Shown: in pieces, positions 51,990 through 64,000 of the stretch
Position numbering within the stretch: the stretch's first letter is position 1
How the letters are laid out: each line of letters begins with the position of its first letter
Source of the DNA: Chrysemys picta bellii
Lineage: Eukaryota
Assembly: GCF_011386835.1 (NCBI RefSeq)
Contig: NC_088791.1
Location: 322,214,001 to 322,278,000 of the forward strand
DNA length: 64,000 nucleotides
Direction: 5' to 3'
Position numbers and translations under genes: made by a program
The notes under the pieces: generated by a model
Told to the model about the DNA's origin: nothing
Databases searched by the model: none
The model's input: only the letters and a program-made list of their open reading frames with translations

Positions 51990-54900
51990 CTGAAATATGG
52001 GGAAATAACGCATATTTAATACCAGCATCTACAAAATGACTAATAGACATCTTTAATATTTACTAAATTAGTTGCAAGCTTTTACATTATGTTCTTGCTC
52101 AAATCTATGAAGGGAAATTTAGTGGTTAGGACTTGATCCATGTCATCTCAACCCTAGAAATGGTTGGACATTGCAACATTTTTATAGAGAGTACTGAATT
52201 ATTTTTCAAAAATTGGGGCTAGTTTCTCCTTATTTCCATCCACTAAATTACAACTGCATCACAGAGTCACAGTAATGACTCCAAAGTTAAGGTTGTAAAA
52301 CAATTTTCATTGTCATCAGAGATGCACCTCTCTCTCTTAGCTAATTAATATTTTTACCTCATGTATTTTTTAAATAGAAGAACTGCAGAGTAAAAAAGAG
52401 TGATTATCTTAAGGATGCAAAAAGCCAATAACCTTAACCAAGAGATGTGGACGTCCATCCATTTATAGTTGAAGTGGTTTATATATTTATTTAACACATT
52501 TTTCCAATAAGGAATGTTTTGTGCATAGCTATAAAAGGGTGTATCTAACTGGTGGGGTGTGATTTTTAAAGTGCACTAATGTATTGCAGGGTCTACACAG
52601 AGCAATTAATATGCACCACATTAATGAATGCACTTTAAAAGTCACACCCCCATAGAGCGCATTTCCCCAGTAGGGACACAAGCCCTAACTTAGGAGTGTT
52701 TTCTGTTTACTGCATCTTTACATTTCTAAACTACCAACCTATTTGCTGTGGAGCTGTCAATTTCCTCAGTTATAATATCTGCAGACATCCCAATGCTTTT
52801 ATTCACCATTAAAGTTTTTCAAAATTGCATCCGTTTCTCTCAATTTTATATTGACATTTATTTTTACATTTCTTCAGAAATCAGATAATATAGCCTCTAT
52901 CAATTTTCACTAATTCCACATAATTTTTATTTACATCAACTCATTATGGTGCACTTGAGTCTTGTAGAGTCCATACTGCATACAGTTCTGAGAAATGTGT
53001 TAACTCACAAAACGCCTTATCATGAAGAGGTTCAGTTTCTGAGACAGATTCTGCTAGAGTCTAATAACTAATTAGGTGAGTCAGACTTTTAAGCATTAGT
53101 ACTTCTGTTCATGTTGTACACCACAACAGCACAGAACAGGTGGCCTTGGCAACCTGTCCTCTTTTACCAAAGCTTCTACTTATTGAAAAGAGACTGTGAA
53201 CTGGACAAAAAACAAAACAAAAACCCAAACTGCTCCAATCAATACAATCTCTTTAACCAATAGGCACTTGGCTTCTTTTGGTTTGATGATATCATCTGTA
53301 GGATGGTGAAGCTGTCATCAAATCTACATGCTGTGGACTGGGTCTCTCTTCTAGTACATGGTATTTTAGCAGAGATTTTTAAACTAAATCTTTTCAGATA
53401 TTACAACTGTATCTGCAGGTCCTTCTAGTGTTAGTTGCTTTGTATGAAAATGTTCAGCAGCCTTTCACTTGCATGTTTCTTAATTCAAAAAAGGAAATTC
53501 TAAGTTACCAAAATAGATGGTGAAAAGGGGTGTTGTTTTAAATGGGCTAAAAATTCAGAGGTATTTTCTGCTTCCTGTTGGTTTCCTGGAAGGAAATTAT
53601 AATTTTCAGCTTCAGTGTTTGTTTCTAGTACATAATGCTTTGGAAGCACCTCTATTAAAACTCTTAGGCGGAAATTGTGATCCTATTGAAGTCAATGGGA
53701 CCAGGATTTTACCCTTATGCTCTGACACGTTCATGTGAAAACAAGTCTAAGAGCCGCAATTCATTTTTCCCTAAGAGTTTTAGGGAAAAATGACTAACCT
53801 TCTTAGATACAGTGATATTTGTCCAAATCTCTGCATCTATATTTCACACGTAATTGTTAAACTGGGAAACTTCCATATTCCATAAATGGCTATTTTAACC
53901 TAGATCTAAATTGTAAGTGATAAAATATTTAAAGGTTTGAAATTTCCTTTTACTAAAAAGCATGTTGTAATAATTTGAATTTTGGGTAGAATAGTGCTTG
54001 GACTCGCAGAATTTGTTAGGTACAGGCTGTTGTAAGAAGGGGGGACAGGAGAAGATCATTAAGGGCTGCCACTTCAGGTGTTAGGAGGGCTTTTCTGGAG
54101 ATCTTTCAGCTTAGACTAAAGCCCCTGTGTGTACACAAACTGAGTATTACAGAAACAACCACAATAGATAGAGAGTGGGGGAGAAGAAGAAAATGAGATT
54201 AGTGATGTAAAATGATGTACAACTTTAAGGGAGAAGTTGAAGGGTTTTACTCTAATGAGGGAGGAGCTAGGAAGCCAGTGAAAGGATTTAAAAAGAGGGT
54301 AATATTATCAGAGAGCGGTTTGAGGAAAACAGGGGTAGCAGCAGCATTTTGGATAAACTGCACATGAAAAGGAGACATCAGAAAGGAGACCATTATGTGT
54401 AATTTGGAAATATTGAAAAGGAAGAAGCAACAAATAAAGCCCAGGAGAGAGAAGAAACAGAGAAGAGTCTAAAATGACATCATGGTAGCAAACTTTGGTC
54501 ATGGGATTAACAAAGATCTCAGTACCTATCAAGATGAAAGATATGGGCTAGATTCATAAAAGAATGTGGGCATCTAACTGCCACCTTAGGTGCCTAAATC
54601 CCAGAATCCGGCCCCACTGGGATCACAAAACCCACACTCGGCTGCCTTCAAACATAGTAGGCACCTAAACTCACTCAGCATTTAAATTTGGCAATAAAAA
54701 AATTCTCTAGGAGCCTATGTTTCTGTCTCTACATATGCACATTGCAGCCACACCAGGAATCTGGACACCTAACCCCAGAATGATTCACAAACCAGGGAAA
54801 GATAAGCATTCATCTACCTTACTTGCCTGCAGGGCCCAATCTGTTAGGAAGCATGCTCAGAGCTCACCTACTGGATTGGGCCCCCCATAGATGCACAAAA

Positions 54901-55981
54901 TGGCCAGGGAGGGATGAGGAGGAGTTGAGGCCCAGTGCTGAATCTGATCCACTGTGCATAAATAATAACAGAATTTTTTTTGTATATGTGTAGACCCAGG
55001 ATCCCCTGCTCCAATTAAATTTTTAATGATATATCCACTATAGAATCGCTTCAACAGGAGAGACTGAAGGAGCCCAGTGGATCCCTGTTCAAATCCCTTC
55101 TCTCCGAGTGGGGGAACTTGAACTAGGGGTCTCCCACATCCCTGGTGAGTACACTACCCGCTGGGCTTTAAGTTATGAGGGAGGTCCAGCTAGTCTTCCT
55201 CCTGCTGCTTGCAAACAAAAAAACAAAAAAAAACATAGGCACCTAACACCAAGAGAGGGTTTGCATCTCAGAATCCCAAGCACAGGGACGTCTCCCTGCA
55301 GCCTCTCTCTCAGAGAGAGGTGAGGCTTAGGACACACCCCTTGCCTTGGCATCTCCCTTTGGCTAGCTTTGGCAGGTAACCAGCTAGCATGCTGACTTTT
55401 GTGAATCCCATCCTGAGGTGCCTATTGCTTCCCATTCATTGCATATGGAGCCTAAGATGCTGAATTCAGGCTTTGTCAATCCCAGTTCTTTTCTAGGCAC
55501 TAGGCAAACCAGCTAGAAATAGTCCAAAAGTTCAGCTATTTAGGTTCTACAGAGACCACCAACCTCTCCTTGGATGAAGAACTAAATGTTTGCATTGGAA
55601 AGGCTGCCACCACTTTTAGCAGACTAAAAGAACATGGAACAAAAGCTTACCAAGACCAAATGCTAATGTATCAAGCTTGCATTCTCATGTATGGTGGGAA
55701 AACATGGACAACTTATGCTCATCAGGAGAAAAGGTTAAACAGTTTCCACCTATGCTGTTTACACCGCAAACTCAAGATCAAATGGCAAGATAAAGTCACC
55801 AACACAGAGCTTCTTCAAAGGGCAAATTTACCAAGTGTGACAGCCCTGCTCAAGCACAGACGATTGTGCTGGCTGGACCATCTGAGTAGGCTGGAAGACT
55901 GAAGCATACCCAAGGACATGCTGTTCGGGGAGCTATCACAGGGAACAAGAGCAACAGGATGTCCCAAGCTTCGCTATAAAG

Positions 55982-58342
55982 CACATGTGTCAAACTCAAG
56001 GCCCGCGGGCCACATCCGGCCCGCCATACAATTATATCCGGCCCGCGAAATCGTTTTATATATCTGTTTTTAATGGCCCTGTGATATGACGCCCCAATAA
56101 CACACACTACAAATCCCATGATGCAGTGCAATTGCCGCCAACGGCAAGCCGCGGTTCAAGTTCGCGGTCTGTTGATGTATACAACGCTAATATCAAATCA
56201 AAGCTAGACCCCAACAATGGCCAAGAGAAAAATTGATTCTGAAAACCGAGGCTTTCAAAGCCGGTGGGAGAATGAGTATATGTTTACTGAAATTGCAGGT
56301 AAACCAGTGTGTCTCCTTTGCGGGAGTAATATCGCTGTAATGAAGGAGTATAACCTAAGACGGCACTACGAGACGAAACATGAGAACAAATTCAAAAACC
56401 TGAGCGCAGGACAGAAGCTACAAAAGGTAGAGGAGTTGAAGAAGAATTTGACATCCCAGCAGACGTTTTTCACCAAAGCAAAATCACAAAGTGAAGCTGC
56501 TGTGAAAGCAAGTTTCATTGTGGCCGAAGAGATCGCCAAATCAGGACGGCCGTTTACCGAGGGGGAATTCGTAAAGAATTGTATGATGAAAGTGTGCGAC
56601 GTCCTTTGTCCAGATAAAACGCGAGCGTTTGCAAATGTAAGCCTCAGCAGAAACACTGTTGCTAATCGGGTTTGTGAGATGGCGACTGATTTGAAAACAC
56701 AGTTGATTGAAAGAGCAAAAGATTTTGTTGCATACTCCCTTGCCGTGGATGAAACTACTGACGCGACTGACACTGCACAGCTGGCGATATTTATCCGTGG
56801 TGTGGATTCCAATTTGTGTGTAACAGAGGAAATACTGGACATTAAATCGATGCACGGGACAACGAAAGGAGAAGACATCTTTGGAAATGTATTTCAAAGT
56901 GTAACCGACATGAAACTGCCGTGGGAAAAACTCGTTGGACTTACAACAGATGGCGCACCTGCTATGTGTGGTGAAAAAAATGGACTGGTGGGAAGGATGC
57001 GCTCAAAGATGCGGGAGGAGAACTGTGCCGGTGAGTTGACAGTGTATCACTGCATCATACACCAGGAATCGCTGAGTGCTAAAGTCCTAAAAATGGATCA
57101 TGTGATGAACACTGTAACACAAACCGTCAACTTTATCAGAGCCCACGGTTTAAATCACCGCCAATTCCAGTCTTTTCTGCGGGAAATAGATAGCGAGTTT
57201 GGCGATATGCCATATCATACGGAGGTCCGGTGGCTAAGTCGGGGAAAAGTTCTCAAAAGACACTTTGAGCTGCGAGAGGAAATCTGCCAGTTCATGGACA
57301 GTAAGGGGAAAGACTGCACAGTTCTGCGGGATGAAAAGTGGAAATGTGAGTTGGCGTTCCTGGCTGACATAACGTCGCATCTTAGCGCTTTAAACCTTCA
57401 ACTCCAGGGACGGGAGCACATAATAACCGATATGCATGATGCAGTGAAGGCATTTCAAGTGAAGCTGCGCTTATGGGAGACACAAATGCACCAATGCAAC
57501 TTGTCTCACTTTCCCTGTTGCCAAGTAATACGGAACCAAGAAAGTGCCACAGTTTTCCCAAATGCCACCTTTGCTGAAAAACTCAGCGCGCTGCGCACTG
57601 AGTTCGCACGGCGCTTCAGTGACTTTGAGGCACAGAAAAGTAACTTCGAGCTGCTTCGCAACCCATTTGCAGTCGATGTGGAAACCGCACCTGTAGAAAT
57701 GCAGATGGAGCTGATAGAACTGCAATGTAACGGGACACTGAAGGCAAAGTACGACACTGCGGGGCCAGCACAGTTCACTCGCTTCATTCTTGAAGCGATG
57801 CCGCAGCTCCGCCAACATGCGGCTCGAATCCTGTCCATGTTTGGCAGCACATATCTGTGCGAGCAGCTGTTCTCTGTGATGAAAATTAACAAAACGTCAC
57901 ACAGGAGTCGCCTCACTGATGAACACCTGCAATCGATCCTGAGAATCTTCACAACACAGAACCTAACCCCAAACATAAACGAACTTGTTGCAAAGAAAAG
58001 ACTCCAAGTATCAGGCTCTGACTAAATAGGACAAGAAAATGGAATGTTATGATTTGTTATGATTATACTTTTGCTTTAAATTCAATTTTTTATTTATATT
58101 TTCAGATTTTTTAATATTCCAGCATGTACAGATTTTGAATGTATTGTATTGACAGGATATTTTTTTATGAAGAGCAAAATATTTTAAGTTGAAATGTATT
58201 TATTTTGGAATGATATCCTGTATTTTGGTTCATATTAATGGTTAAAAAACATAAATATTTAGTCTGTTAAATAAATGGTTATACTGTTCGGCCCGCGAGT
58301 TTTGAGTTTTGGCCCCCTGTGCAATTGAGTTTGACACCCCTG
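55982..58342 (+). mobile_element. Full-length hAT DNA transposon (Charlie/SPIN/GTF2IRD2-like group), 2361 bp
   Basis: TIRs CACATGTGTCAAACTC / GAGTTTGACACCCCTG (13/16); subterminal GGCCCG repeats; TSD CTATAAAG versus C-ATAAAG; internal AATAAA at 58270. Confidence 0.93.
56217..58025 (+). CDS. hAT transposase, 602 aa, uninterrupted
   Basis: N-terminal Zn finger (CLLC...RRHYETKH); catalytic D (AVDETTD), D (TTDGAPAM) and E (STYLCEQLFS); HCIIH (CxxH); EVRWLSRG; C-terminal dimerisation region (RSRLTDEHL); Kozak acaATGG. Confidence 0.96.
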   Translation: MAKRKIDSENRGFQSRWENEYMFTEIAGKPVCLLCGSNIAVMKEYNLRRHYETKHENKFKNLSAGQKLQKVEELKKNLTSQQTFFTKAKSQSEAAVKASFIVAEEIAKSGRPFTEGEFVKNCMMKVCDVLCPDKTRAFANVSLSRNTVANRVCEMATDLKTQLIERAKDFVAYSLAVDETTDATDTAQLAIFIRGVDSNLCVTEEILDIKSMHGTTKGEDIFGNVFQSVTDMKLPWEKLVGLTTDGAPAMCGEKNGLVGRMRSKMREENCAGELTVYHCIIHQESLSAKVLKMDHVMNTVTQTVNFIRAHGLNHRQFQSFLREIDSEFGDMPYHTEVRWLSRGKVLKRHFELREEICQFMDSKGKDCTVLRDEKWKCELAFLADITSHLSALNLQLQGREHIITDMHDAVKAFQVKLRLWETQMHQCNLSHFPCCQVIRNQESATVFPNATFAEKLSALRTEFARRFSDFEAQKSNFELLRNPFAVDVETAPVEMQMELIELQCNGTLKAKYDTAGPAQFTRFILEAMPQLRQHAARILSMFGSTYLCEQLFSVMKINKTSHRSRLTDEHLQSILRIFTTQNLTPNINELVAKKRLQVSGSD

Positions 58343-58412
58343 CATAAAGATATATGCAAACAAGATATGAAGGAATTTGGAATTGATCCTGACCAATGGG
58401 AAATCTTGGCAA

Positions 58413-58551
58413 CCATCCTTAGAGGTTTTTAAGGCCCAGCTTGACAAAGCCCTGGCTTGGATGGTTAGTTGGTGTTGGTCCTGCTTTGAGCAGGGGGTTG
58501 AACTAGATGACCTCCTGAGTCTCTTCCAACCCTAATCTTCTATGATTCTAT
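58413..58551 (+). mobile_element. PsCR1-type 3'-end fragment nested in the RTE
   Basis: ccatccttagaggtttttaaggcccagcttgacaaagccctgg...cttctatgattctat; the RTE sequence resumes after it. Confidence 0.85.
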
Positions 58552-61526
58552 AATCGTAACAAGTGGCACCATTGTCTCCATCAGGGCATCAAAGTCCATG
58601 ACAGGAGTGGCTCCTACAACTTGAAGAGAAAAGAGCTCATAGGAAGCAAGCAGCTTCCAACCAAGATACATACATTTGCAATAACCGCCAAAGATCATGC
58701 AAATCTTGGATTAGACTATTTAGTCACATGAGGTGTTGCAAACTATCTACATTATAGGCTGCAATTCCCACCATCTCTTGCAGGCAAAAGGATGCCAACA
58801 GAAGTTAAGGGTGGTGATGCTGAGCATCAGCATACCTATGTTTTTTTGTGAATCTAGCCCATGGAGTTCAGCTTTGGAAAGACTGAGTTTGAGATGGGAA
58901 TCCCACAGCCAAAAGGAGATGCCTGACTGGCAGCTGAAGAGGACAATGGCCACAGAGATTATGGGCAGAGGGGAAAGTCAAGTAAGAAATAAAGGAAAAG
59001 AATAGGGAAAAAAAGTCTTAGCCTAGAGATGGTAGTTAGTGATCTTGGTTAGGACAGTTTTAGTGGAGTGAAGAAGGCAGACTGGAGGGATCAAGGAGAG
59101 AGAGTTGAAGGAGAGTAAGTAAAACGAGAAAACAGCATATTTTAGGACTTGGAAGACAAAAGGAAGGAGAAACAGACAATTTCTGTTGTCCATAAGGAAA
59201 GAAGCAAGAATGAAGGTAAGGGAATGAGAAGGAGCAAGGAAGACGATAAAACAGCAGGGGAATGGAGTCAAGGGAACAAGTTGAGGCTTTAAAAGGTAAA
59301 TAGTACAAAGGTAAAAGTCAGAGCGGCATGAAAGAAGAAGATAGAACTAGTGAAGGGGTGAAGCAATTTTGCCAAATAATTTCTTGTTTTTAAAAGTTTG
59401 CAAGATCCTGGTCAGAGAAAGCAGTATATAAAAAGAAAAGCCAAGAAGAAGGTTTAACGAGAGTTGAAGGTAAAGGAAATCCAGCTGGAGATAGCAGCCC
59501 AGGAGTGGCTCAGAGAGTAGAAGTAAAGCTGTCTAGAAGAAAGAGGGTAGTTGAGAGGCAAAAGGAATGAAGAGTGTGGAGGAACTAATTGTAGTCTTAG
59601 CACTTTGTCCCATGTCATTCAACAGCATGGGAACAGGAACAGCTGTAGTAAAATGCAGAGAGTAAGCTAAGGCTGGGGATTAGAGTGTGGAGTGAAGGAT
59701 TTAACAGAAAGGAGAAGATAGAGTTTCTGTTACTGTTAGCTCCTTTCTTGCCATGTTCAGATTTCCTGAGGTGCCCATTTGAATACTCTGTACAGTACTA
59801 TGGAAACCATATAGCCAAGCACCACGTCTACACTACTTAAGAAAACTGCTGGGATTAGTTGTGATACTGTAACTAGTTAAATAAACTTAATATGTAACAC
59901 TATGTGCATATTAAAAAGAATATTCAAAACAATCTTTAGAAATAAAAATCTCTATTTCAGTATCTTCAGTCTGTTAATGGGGTTGTTTCAATGGCAGAAA
60001 CTGTCTTAACGCTACTTCCCAATGAAAGCTCATTTTGATGATTTCAGTATTATAGAACTGAATCAGCGTGCCCATTGGAAAGCGCTGGACATTAGAAAGT
60101 TTTAAAATTGTTTAGAATGGAGGGTGATTTAAACTTAGTCAACCGAAGTGGTTTACACAAATATTTAAAACAAGAAAATTCCAACAGGAAAGTAAATTCT
60201 TCCAGTTTAAGGCCAGATACAGCAATCCTTATTCACAAGTGACATGGAATTCAATGGAACTCCTTACTTACATGAATAAAGATTGCTTCTTCCGGCATTA
60301 GTGTCTAATTTATGGGTTGTGTGGCTAGTCTTGATTTTTAAAATTTTGCAGAATACATAACTTTGAAACAAGATTTTTTTAAATGGTCATTGTCAACCTA
60401 TGATCTATCACTGACAAACAGAATAAGCAATAGTTAAAAAAAATTAAATTGATGTGAATACCAGGTGCTGATTCAGAAAATATGGATTAGTCTTAAGCAA
60501 AATAGACAAGCTCTTTCATTCTCCAAACCAGGCAAGAATGCTCACTTTAATCCATTATGTCAAGTTAAGAAGGACCAGATTCTTACCTTTATTAAGTAGT
60601 ATTTACACTGCAAAAGTCTCACTGGTTTCATTCTGAGTACTTAAAGCGTAGGGTACTACCAGCAGAATTAAGGGTGGCAAAAATCAAGACTTAAATATTT
60701 TATTCCAGGTGACTGTGAAAGAACCAACATTTCAATCCAAAGCATCTTGTTTGGGCCTGATTTATAAGACAAACAGAGCTTGATTTTGCAAGATGCTGAA
60801 CACTAGCCTCGATCCAGCAAAATTATTAAGCACGTGCTTTGTAGGGACATGAGTTGTCCCATTGACTTGTTTTATATATCCTTTAGTGCTTAACTTCAGT
60901 GGGATTATTCACATCCTTAAAGTTAAGCATGTGTTTAAGAGTGTTGCTGGATCAGAGCCAAAGTGCTCAGCACCTTATAGGACTGAGTCCATAATGTAAA
61001 AATAAAAATTTCCATTGATATCATTTTAACAACTTTCAAACTAGCTACTTTGAATTGTGAAAGCTACATGCACCAGGGGATAGGAGATGACTCAGAAGTC
61101 TATTCTCCTGAGAGTAAAATGTTAAACTCAGAAAATAATAACTTTATTAGGAACTTATATATTTCCACAATTGGTTGATGTGATTTTATCTACTACAGTT
61201 GGAGCACTTAATCTGGTTTCAATGATATTCCCCATTTTCCATATGTAGAATAATCACTGGAACCAATCAAATGGAAATGAACTATACTGTAAATATTTAT
61301 AATGTGGCAAAAAGTTCCTTTATAAGAGAGTTGCCATTAAAACTATATTATTTTGCTAGTGAAGCATTAATGTTCTGTTTCAACTTATCTTTGATCTTAT
61401 CGCACAAAATATATTCATAAAATTCAAAGAGCGTAATTTTCAAAATGTGCACATGCAATTCTATGCACAGCTGCATAGAATTTTGTATGCATTTCTGAAA
61501 ATCTGATTCTAAATGCAACAACCTTA

Positions 61527-61739
<213 letters not shown>

Positions 61740-61921
61740 CTAATATGAAATTTCAAAAAATTAACAAATGCAGCTATTTTGTTGTATGTTAACCACAGAG
61801 ACTGATCATTTAGGAATTTCCATTATTTACATATAAAATATGGGAAACTTTTTCAGTCAGGCAGAAATCCTCTACAGTGGATGTGATTTTCACTTACATA
61901 TTTTACATCTGAAAAATGCAT

Positions 61922-63212
61922 TCAGAGAATCACAGAACTGTAGGACTGGAAGGGACCTCGAGAGGTCATATAGTCCAGTCCCCTGCACTCATGGCAGGAC
62001 TAAGTATTATCTAGACTATCCCTGACAGGTTCCTGCCTAACCTGCTCTTAAAAATCCCCAATGATGAAGATTCCACAAACTCGCTAGCAGGGCTGGCTCC
62101 AGCATTTCTGCCGCCCCAAGCAAAAAAAAAAAAAAAAAAAAAGCTGCAATCGCAATCGGCGGCGGCAATTGGAAAAAAAAAAACCCGCGATCGGCGGCGG
62201 CAGTTCAGCAGCAGGTCCCTTCCTAGAGGGAGTGAGGGACCTGCCGCCCCCAAATTGCTGCAGGTGCCGCCCCTCTCCCTTGGCCGCCCCAAGCACAAGC
62301 ACCTGCTTGTTAAGCTGGTGCCTGGAGCCGGCCCTGCTCCCTAGGCAATTTATTCCAGTGCTTAACTACCCTGACAGTTAGGAAGTTTTTCCTTTTGTCC
62401 GACCTAAATTGCACTTACCACAATTTAAGCCCATTGCTTCTTGGCCTATCCTCAGAGATTAAGCAGAACAATTTTTCTCCCTCCTCCTGGTAACAACTTT
62501 TTATGTACTTGAAAACTGTTATCATGTCCCCTCTCAGTCTTCTCTTCTCCAGACTAAACAAACCCAATTTTTTCAATCTCCCTCATAAATCATGTTTTCT
62601 AGACCTTTAATCATTTTTGTTGCTCTTCTCTGGACTTTCTCCAATTTGTCCACATCTTTCCTGAAATGTGGCACTCAGAACTAGTCACAATACTTCAGGT
62701 GAGGCCTAATCATCGCGGAGTATAGTGCAAGAATTACTTCTCGCGTCTTGCTTACAACACTCCTGCTGATACATTCCAGAATGATGTTTGGTGTTTTTGC
62801 AATAGTGTTACACTGTTGACTCATATTTAGCTTGCGATCCACCATCATCCCCAGATCTCTTTCTCAGTACTCCTTTCTAGGCAGTCATTTCCCATTTTGT
62901 ATGCGTACAATTGATTGTTCCTTCCTAAGTGGAGTACTTGGAATTTGTAGTTATTGAATTTCATCCTATTTACTTCAGACCATTTCTCCAGTTTGTTCAG
63001 ATTATTTTGAATTTTAATCCTATCCTCCAAAGCACTTGCAACCCCTCCCAGCTTGGTATTGTCCGCAAACTTTATAAGTGTACTTTCTCTGTCATTAGCT
63101 AAATCATTGATGAAGATATTGAACAGAACTGGACCCAGAACTGATCCCTGTGGTACCCTACTTGATATGCCCTTCCAACATGATTATGAACCACTGATAA
63201 CTACTCTCTAGG
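61922..63212 (-). mobile_element. 5'-truncated CR1 LINE interrupted by a MITE
   Basis: RT C-terminus (EDRIKIQNNLNKLEKWSEVNRMKFN..QVLHLGRNN) and CR1 3' UTR and tail. Confidence 0.88.
62088..62336. mobile_element. hAT MITE nested in CR1
   Basis: TIRs CAGGGCTGGCTCCAG / CTGGAGCCGGCCCTG; TSD CTCGCTAG / CTCCCTAG (7/8); the CR1 is continuous across it. Confidence 0.88.
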
Positions 63213-63276
63213 AATTGTGAGCACAAATCTAAATAGTTGCATCTCTAACTATCGGATTTGTGTTAATGCTTTCCTA

Positions 63277-63630
<354 letters not shown>

Positions 63631-63795
63631 TCATTAACAGGGAAAACCTGAGGTGAAATACAGGATAACTTCCCCTTATTAAGGGTTCCACAAAAATTCA
63701 AGATACATTTTCACAAGTGAACACAGCATGCACATAATTACTCCAAACAAAACCATTTTGAGAAATTTGTAATATATGCAATTATGGCTAAAACA

Positions 63796-63981
63796 AACAA
63801 ACATGGGCTGAGGGATGTGCTGGCCACCGCTTCCTGCAGCCCCCATTGGCCTGGAGTGGCAAACCACAGCCACTGGGAACCGCGATCGGCCGAACCTGCA
63901 AACGCGGCAGGTAAACAAACCGGCCTAGTCCGCCAGAGTGCTTACCCTGGCGGGCCACATGCCAAAGGTTGCCGATCCCTG
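63796..63981. mobile_element. Partial hAT MITE (one end only)
   Basis: GC-rich segment ending GGTTGCCGATCCCTG, a hAT-type TIR. The partner TIR was not found. Confidence 0.55.
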
Positions 63982-64000
63982 ATCTAACCTATGTAAATTC

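Larger units (their letters stand above)
55503..58800 (+). mobile_element. 5'-truncated RTE-clade (BovB-like) LINE, interrupted twice
   Basis: LEIVQKFSYLGST...CIGKAATTFSRL...RLNSFHLCCL..IKWQDKVTNTELL...CPKLRYK | DICKQDMKEFGIDPDQWE | NRNKW..., then a C-terminal Cys/His motif and a 3' end aaggatgccaaca. Confidence 0.85.
54545..58860. mobile_element. Second Harbinger-like MITE copy, split by the RTE insertion
   Basis: Left TIR GGGCTAGATTCATAAAA at 54545; right TIR TTTTTGTGAATCTAGCCC ending at 58860; same family as 49443-50482. TSD is ambiguous. Confidence 0.78.
54070..59720 (-). mobile_element. Old L2 LINE split by the nested insertions (pieces about 54070-54544 and 58861-59720)
   Basis: L2 signatures on the plus strand (ggaagccagtgaaaggattt; ggagttcagctttggaaagactgagtttgag) and a minus-strand RT remnant LHSTKTVLTKITN. 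Outer limits are approximate. Confidence 0.7.

Noticed and set aside
56366-57976. Minus-strand ORFs inside the transposase
   Set aside because: They are antisense shadows of a long coding frame.

Overview
Vertebrate genomic DNA, most likely from a turtle (inferred from tRNA-Lys-derived Cry-type SINEs, PsCR1-type LINE tails, DIRS and Penelope repeats). Two host genes lie in tandem on the minus strand. The last four coding exons of CFAP300 (C11orf70) run from 63611 to 45879. About 1.7 kb past its stop codon come the CpG island, exon 1 (43888-44172) and exon 2 (39045-39295) of YAP1. Everything from 1 to 39044 appears to be YAP1 intron 2; I could not find exon 3. The rest is intronic DNA rich in transposable elements. 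The main accessory feature is an apparently complete, CpG-rich hAT transposon (55982-58342) with an uninterrupted 602-aa transposase ORF. It is the innermost layer of a nested stack (L2 > Harbinger-like MITE > RTE LINE > hAT plus a CR1 tail) in a CFAP300 intron. Also present: a decayed DIRS retrotransposon lacking its RT domain, several hAT, Tc1/mariner and Harbinger MITEs with readable TIRs and TSDs, two long fold-back elements, MITEs carrying tRNA-like Pol III modules, a solo LTR, a GC-rich minisatellite next to YAP1 exon 1, a candidate uORF, and a 188-nt N gap. All assignments come from manual reading and recalled family knowledge; no searches were run. Boundaries of old LINE fragments are approximate.
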